NCBI GenBank assembly: GCA_001275005.1 | Contig: JWZX01003143.1 | Coordinates: 52,719-72,718 of the forward strand | Reading direction: 5' to 3' | Length of the DNA stretch: 20,000 bases | DNA from: Chrysochromulina tobinii | Taxonomy: Eukaryota | Notes under the pieces: generated by a model | Seen by the model: the letters and a program-made list of their open reading frames with translations, nothing else | The model's database searches: none | What the model was told of the DNA's origin: nothing | Program-made: the position numbers and the translations under genes | Shown: one piece after another, positions 16,469 to 20,000 of the stretch | Layout: each line of letters opens with the position of its first letter | How positions within the stretch are numbered: the stretch's first letter is position 1

Positions 16469-17139
16469 GGCGTACTGCTCGATGCAGTAAGGGCCATCGG
16501 CAGATGGCGCGAGCGGGACGGCAGACCAGGCGTGAGTCCGTGCAGGAGCCCGGTTTGGCCTGGGGTCGACCCGTGCACACCGCGCCGCAGACATAGTACT
16601 GTACAGGACCCGGGTTCAAAAACACCGGGGGTATTACGGGGGGAGCCGGGAAAAACACGGTACAGAAAAGGTCAAAACACGGGGAGCCGAAACAGTACCA
16701 TGTACTGTACTCTTCTGAGTCGGCCGCTGGGTGGGCACCGGGTTGGCGTGGTGCTCGTGCGCGTGCGTCGGGCTTGGTTCGGTTGATCGTCGTCATCGTC
16801 CGAACGCGTCACGTACTATCTCCCATAGTTCCTTATTTGTGTTGGTGGGTTTGGATGGTTGTGAGGTTCGTCTGTGTGATCCGTGTGCCCGTGTGCGCCC
16901 GTGTGTCGCCTGTGTCCCGTGTCTGTCCCGGCTCTAACCCGGTTCCCCCGGACCAGTAAATGTGGATTCGTGTGATGTCTGTCTCTTGTGTGTTAGAAGT
17001 CACACAGACACACAGTGTGTCCCAAAGGAGGAACAGGCGCATTCACACCACGACAATTTTCTCACCTGAAGTCTATGCTGGACGTCTTTTGTGCGCATTT
17101 CTGCGCGCGCTCTTGCTGCCCACAGGATAACACCGAAAC
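16469..17139. promoter_or_regulatory. Divergent intergenic region (likely bidirectional promoter and 5' UTRs) containing ACACGG/CCGTGT short-repeat clusters
   Basis: Lies between head-to-head ATGs at 16468(-) and 17140(+); repeat clusters at 16596-16711 and 16881-16922. Confidence 0.45.
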
Positions 17140-18435
17140 ATGCACACGCCTTGCGCAAGCGGGCGCGTGTGGCTGCTGGCAATGCCGTGTTTTGCCTTCG
17201 CGTGCTTGCACAGCGGCTCAGACAGTCTCGTGCCGAGAAGCAGGAGATGGATGCTGCGCACGGCTGGTGCTCTCGTAGCAGGTGGCCGGGCTTATGGCGT
17301 GTGCGACGCGGCGGCTGCGAGTGAGCACCTGCAGAGCAAACAGACATACTTCCAACGCTTCCCGACTCTATTTGCTCCCTTCTACGGCGAGGCGACAAAA
17401 GAGACACTGCTCCGGCAGGTGGGAGATGGAATCTGGGCCGTAGAACAAAACTTGGAGATCGGGCCTTTGCAGACGCCCCTGCGATGCGTGGTGGTCCGTT
17501 TGCGAGACGGAAGCCTGTGGGTGCATGCACCGTTGGCACCGACGGAGGAATTCTTTGAGCTTGTGGAGGCCTGCGGCAACGGATCCCCTGACTGCGTGGC
17601 GCATGTGGTGGCACCCACATATGCGCTCGAGCACAAAGTGTTTGTGAAGGACGCTCTGAAGCGTTGGCCTCGAGCACGTCTGTGGACATCGCCTGGGCAG
17701 TTCAGCTTTCCCGTGCAAGTCCCGGACGACGTTGTGTGGGGCAAGGAGGTGAGCGGGGTGCTGGACGGCTCGGATATTGACTTAGCACCCCCCACGATTC
17801 CGTGGTCAGACGAAATCCAATTCGAGACGCTTGCCGCAGGGACTTTCCGTATTGGTGGCTCGCCATTGACATTCTATGAGACCGTGTTCTTCCACCGTCG
17901 CAGTAAGAGCTTGATCGTCACTGATTGTTTGGCGCGCATCCAGCTCACAGCGCCTGGAAGATTGAGCGAGCCGCAAAAGCTTTTGCTCATCTCAAAACGG
18001 TCTACTGCCGAACCTCTTCCAGCAGACACGGCGGAAGCCAGGCAAGTCGGCTGGGAGAAGACCGCTCTCCTAGTGACTTACTTCTTCCCAGAGCACGAAG
18101 AGCTCGACCCCGATGCAGGGGTTGGTGTCGTCACCTGGACGACTGGGTGGCATGAGAACTTCAAGGCCCTCGCTGGCCGGTTGGTAGTCCCACCCGTTGT
18201 GCGCACGCTGATCTACGCGCAAGATCCGGCACGGGTGAAGAGGTGGGCCGAGCGAGTGGCCACTCGCTGGGATTTCGACCAAGTCGTCCCAGCCCATTGG
18301 GAGGCACCCATTCATGCTTCAAAGAAGGACTTTGAGAAAGCGTTTGCCTTCCTCGAGGATGGCAGCATCGATGCATTCCCAGCCAACGACCTTGCGCGCG
18401 GCTTGAAACCGATCGCCAATATCTTCTTGCAATGA
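17140..18435 (+). CDS. DUF4336 family protein (431 aa), probably plastid-targeted
   Basis: Family-typical motifs GIWAVEQ, RCVVVRLRDGSLWVHAPLAPT, HVVAPTYALEHKVFV, WTSPGQFSFP, FYETVFFHRRSKSLIVTD and WDFDQVVPAHWEAPI. N-terminal extension has a hydrophobic stretch and SRRWML. Confidence 0.88.
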   Translation: MHTPCASGRVWLLAMPCFAFACLHSGSDSLVPRSRRWMLRTAGALVAGGRAYGVCDAAAASEHLQSKQTYFQRFPTLFAPFYGEATKETLLRQVGDGIWAVEQNLEIGPLQTPLRCVVVRLRDGSLWVHAPLAPTEEFFELVEACGNGSPDCVAHVVAPTYALEHKVFVKDALKRWPRARLWTSPGQFSFPVQVPDDVVWGKEVSGVLDGSDIDLAPPTIPWSDEIQFETLAAGTFRIGGSPLTFYETVFFHRRSKSLIVTDCLARIQLTAPGRLSEPQKLLLISKRSTAEPLPADTAEARQVGWEKTALLVTYFFPEHEELDPDAGVGVVTWTTGWHENFKALAGRLVVPPVVRTLIYAQDPARVKRWAERVATRWDFDQVVPAHWEAPIHASKKDFEKAFAFLEDGSIDAFPANDLARGLKPIANIFLQ

Positions 18436-18707
18436 CCCATGAGGCGCGCGCGCGGTGTTCTCTGGGGACTGGGGTACGGTCAACGGTGCGCCACACAAAG
18501 TATGCAGTGAAGACGTATCGGTTTTCTGTCCTCACCATAGCAGAGACCACAAGAAGACCGGCTACGGCTGCTAACGCAAGGCACCTCGGGGGTGGGGGGT
18601 CAGCCGCTCTTCGGTGTGCTGTGAATGACGAAATTTTGGGGTCGCGAGTCCACATCGCAAGAGAAGGACACGACAAAGGAAAGTCGTTTGAGGCCTCGTC
18701 GCCAATC

Positions 18708-19610
18708 ATGCTGAGGCAGCTGATAATCGCTTGTGCGATCCGCGACTCGGTGTCCACTACGATCACCTCCTCCATCTACGCTCCGTTTGTCGAACGTGCA
18801 TTGTCACTCTTCGCCGAGGCTGGACTCGCACAGAGGCCGTACCCGGTTGATGACCAGCTCCTCCGACGGGAGACAGTCTCTGGCGCAGGAAAGCGGCAGC
18901 AGACTGTGCAGCTCAGCGTGCGCGCATTCAGTTCCAATGCACTGCGCCAGGTACGAATCGCACACATCGAGGGCGGTAGCAACCTTCAGGTGCTCAACTT
19001 TTGCGCATTCTCATCCCTAGAATACGGCTTGCCGTCCTTCGCCGCGGACCTCGTCACGCTGCCCGGCGGCCACCTGATCGCGTTAGACTACGCACCCACG
19101 CGCGATCCGGCAACCGACTCCGTATTTGCGAGCGACGGCGAACTCGCCGTGCTGTTTGCGAAGCACCGCGAGCGCTTGCCCGATGGCGGGCCTCTGCCTG
19201 AGGCAGCCATGCGTTACTTCTCGCCCTACTTTTTGTGGTCGCGGCTGCCGACGCCCGATGGCGATGCCGCCATCCTCGATGCAGTACTCCCCGCCTTTGA
19301 GGACTACCTGCGCGGCTACTTGGAGCTTGTGCGTACTGCGGTGCCCCTCGCGGACCCTTTGGGCCTGAGCGCCGTCCGTGAGCGCCAACTCTCTTACGCA
19401 ACCTACCGAGCCGAGAAGGATCCGGCTCGGCCGATGCTCACGCGCCTCTTTGGGGAGGAGTACGCGGAGCGGCTGATACGAGAGGTGCTCTTTGACTTGC
19501 CGTACAGTGGGATGCTGGATGGGGGTGTGCTGCCCAAGGCGGCGCCCTCGGCAGCACCAGCAACCGAGCCTCAGCCGCCGGTGGGGTTCGAGTGGGGAGG
19601 CACATTCTGA
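18708..19610 (+). CDS. pebB: Ferredoxin-dependent bilin reductase, phycoerythrobilin:ferredoxin oxidoreductase (PebB) type, 300 aa
   Basis: Motifs LRQVRIAHIEGGSNLQVLNF, LPSFAADLVTLPGGHLIALD, FSPYFLWSR, AFEDYL and YRAEKDPAR match cyanobacterial PebB as I recall it. ATG 18708 gives a short signal-like N-terminus (MLRQLIIACAI) just before the homologous core (SIYAPFV); the ORF is open upstream to 18432. Confidence 0.88.
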   Translation: MLRQLIIACAIRDSVSTTITSSIYAPFVERALSLFAEAGLAQRPYPVDDQLLRRETVSGAGKRQQTVQLSVRAFSSNALRQVRIAHIEGGSNLQVLNFCAFSSLEYGLPSFAADLVTLPGGHLIALDYAPTRDPATDSVFASDGELAVLFAKHRERLPDGGPLPEAAMRYFSPYFLWSRLPTPDGDAAILDAVLPAFEDYLRGYLELVRTAVPLADPLGLSAVRERQLSYATYRAEKDPARPMLTRLFGEEYAERLIREVLFDLPYSGMLDGGVLPKAAPSAAPATEPQPPVGFEWGGTF

Positions 19611-19833
19611 GAGCATGCTGTACAGAGCAAGGCTCCCGCTGCGAGCACGAGCATGGCGCCCATGGCCGAGTACCTAACCGGACGGTTTGCACGCACACGT
19701 GGTTCCGGCGCGGTATCGGCCGCGGTGCGCCGTCCGGTCAGGGTGCGCTGCGGGGTGCCGGGTGCGGGGTGCTGGCCCCAGTGATAAGATTTTTCTACTG
19801 TACAAGCATCTGTCTCGTGTGAGAAATCAACAG

Positions 19834-19860
19834 CACATTCACATTCACATTCACATTCAC
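19834..19860 (+). repeat. (CACATT)4 plus CAC microsatellite
   Basis: Read directly. Confidence 0.9.
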
Positions 19861-20000
19861 ACACTCACCTTAATTAACACCGGGAAGCGGTCAACTCTCA
19901 GACCCGGAGTCGCTTGTGCCTTCACGTTGCGGCGCCTTTGCGGTCGTTCATGTGAACATGTGTTCGAGGGTTGGGTCTCAACATCTTATCTCGACAGACC

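Noticed and set aside
5249..16490. Numerous plus-strand and alternate-frame ORFs within the ARM gene (e.g. 13022..14272+, 10815..11582+)
   Set aside because: Antisense or frame shadows of an Ala/Leu-rich GC-rich CDS; no independent protein features.
16469..16594. 42-aa N-terminal extension of the ARM protein from ATG 16594
   Set aside because: Looks like UTR translation; ATG 16468 has a better GCCATG context. Not formally excluded.
19810..19870. Minus-strand AG|GTGAGT donor at 19868 followed by the (GAATGT)n tract and a possible CAG acceptor at 19810
   Set aside because: No convincing flanking coding exon within the window; could be chance or a UTR intron.

Overview
GC-rich, gene-dense eukaryotic genomic DNA, most consistent with an alga with a secondary red plastid (haptophyte-like; inferred from gene content and targeting signals, not proven). 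There are five apparently intron-free protein-coding genes. (1) A minus-strand ORF from 2880 runs off the left edge and is absent from the ORF track; it encodes a HEAT/TORTIFOLIA1-like N-terminus, an EF-hand pair and a long disordered region with (GSHT)7. (2) A divergent plus-strand gene (3114-4740) encodes a SURP domain, three 56-aa cysteinyl-tRNA-synthetase C-terminal-like repeats and a Gly/Arg-Asp tail, with a +1 frameshift in a G run. (3) A ~3,730-aa armadillo-repeat protein has a C-terminal TBCB-like CAP-Gly domain and an SxIP motif. (4) A DUF4336 protein carries a putative signal plus twin-arginine presequence. (5) A PebB-type ferredoxin-dependent bilin reductase. The most unusual signal is in the ARM gene: a small unnamed domain inserted in frame into an ARM loop, with a second diverged copy nested inside the first (15137-15667).
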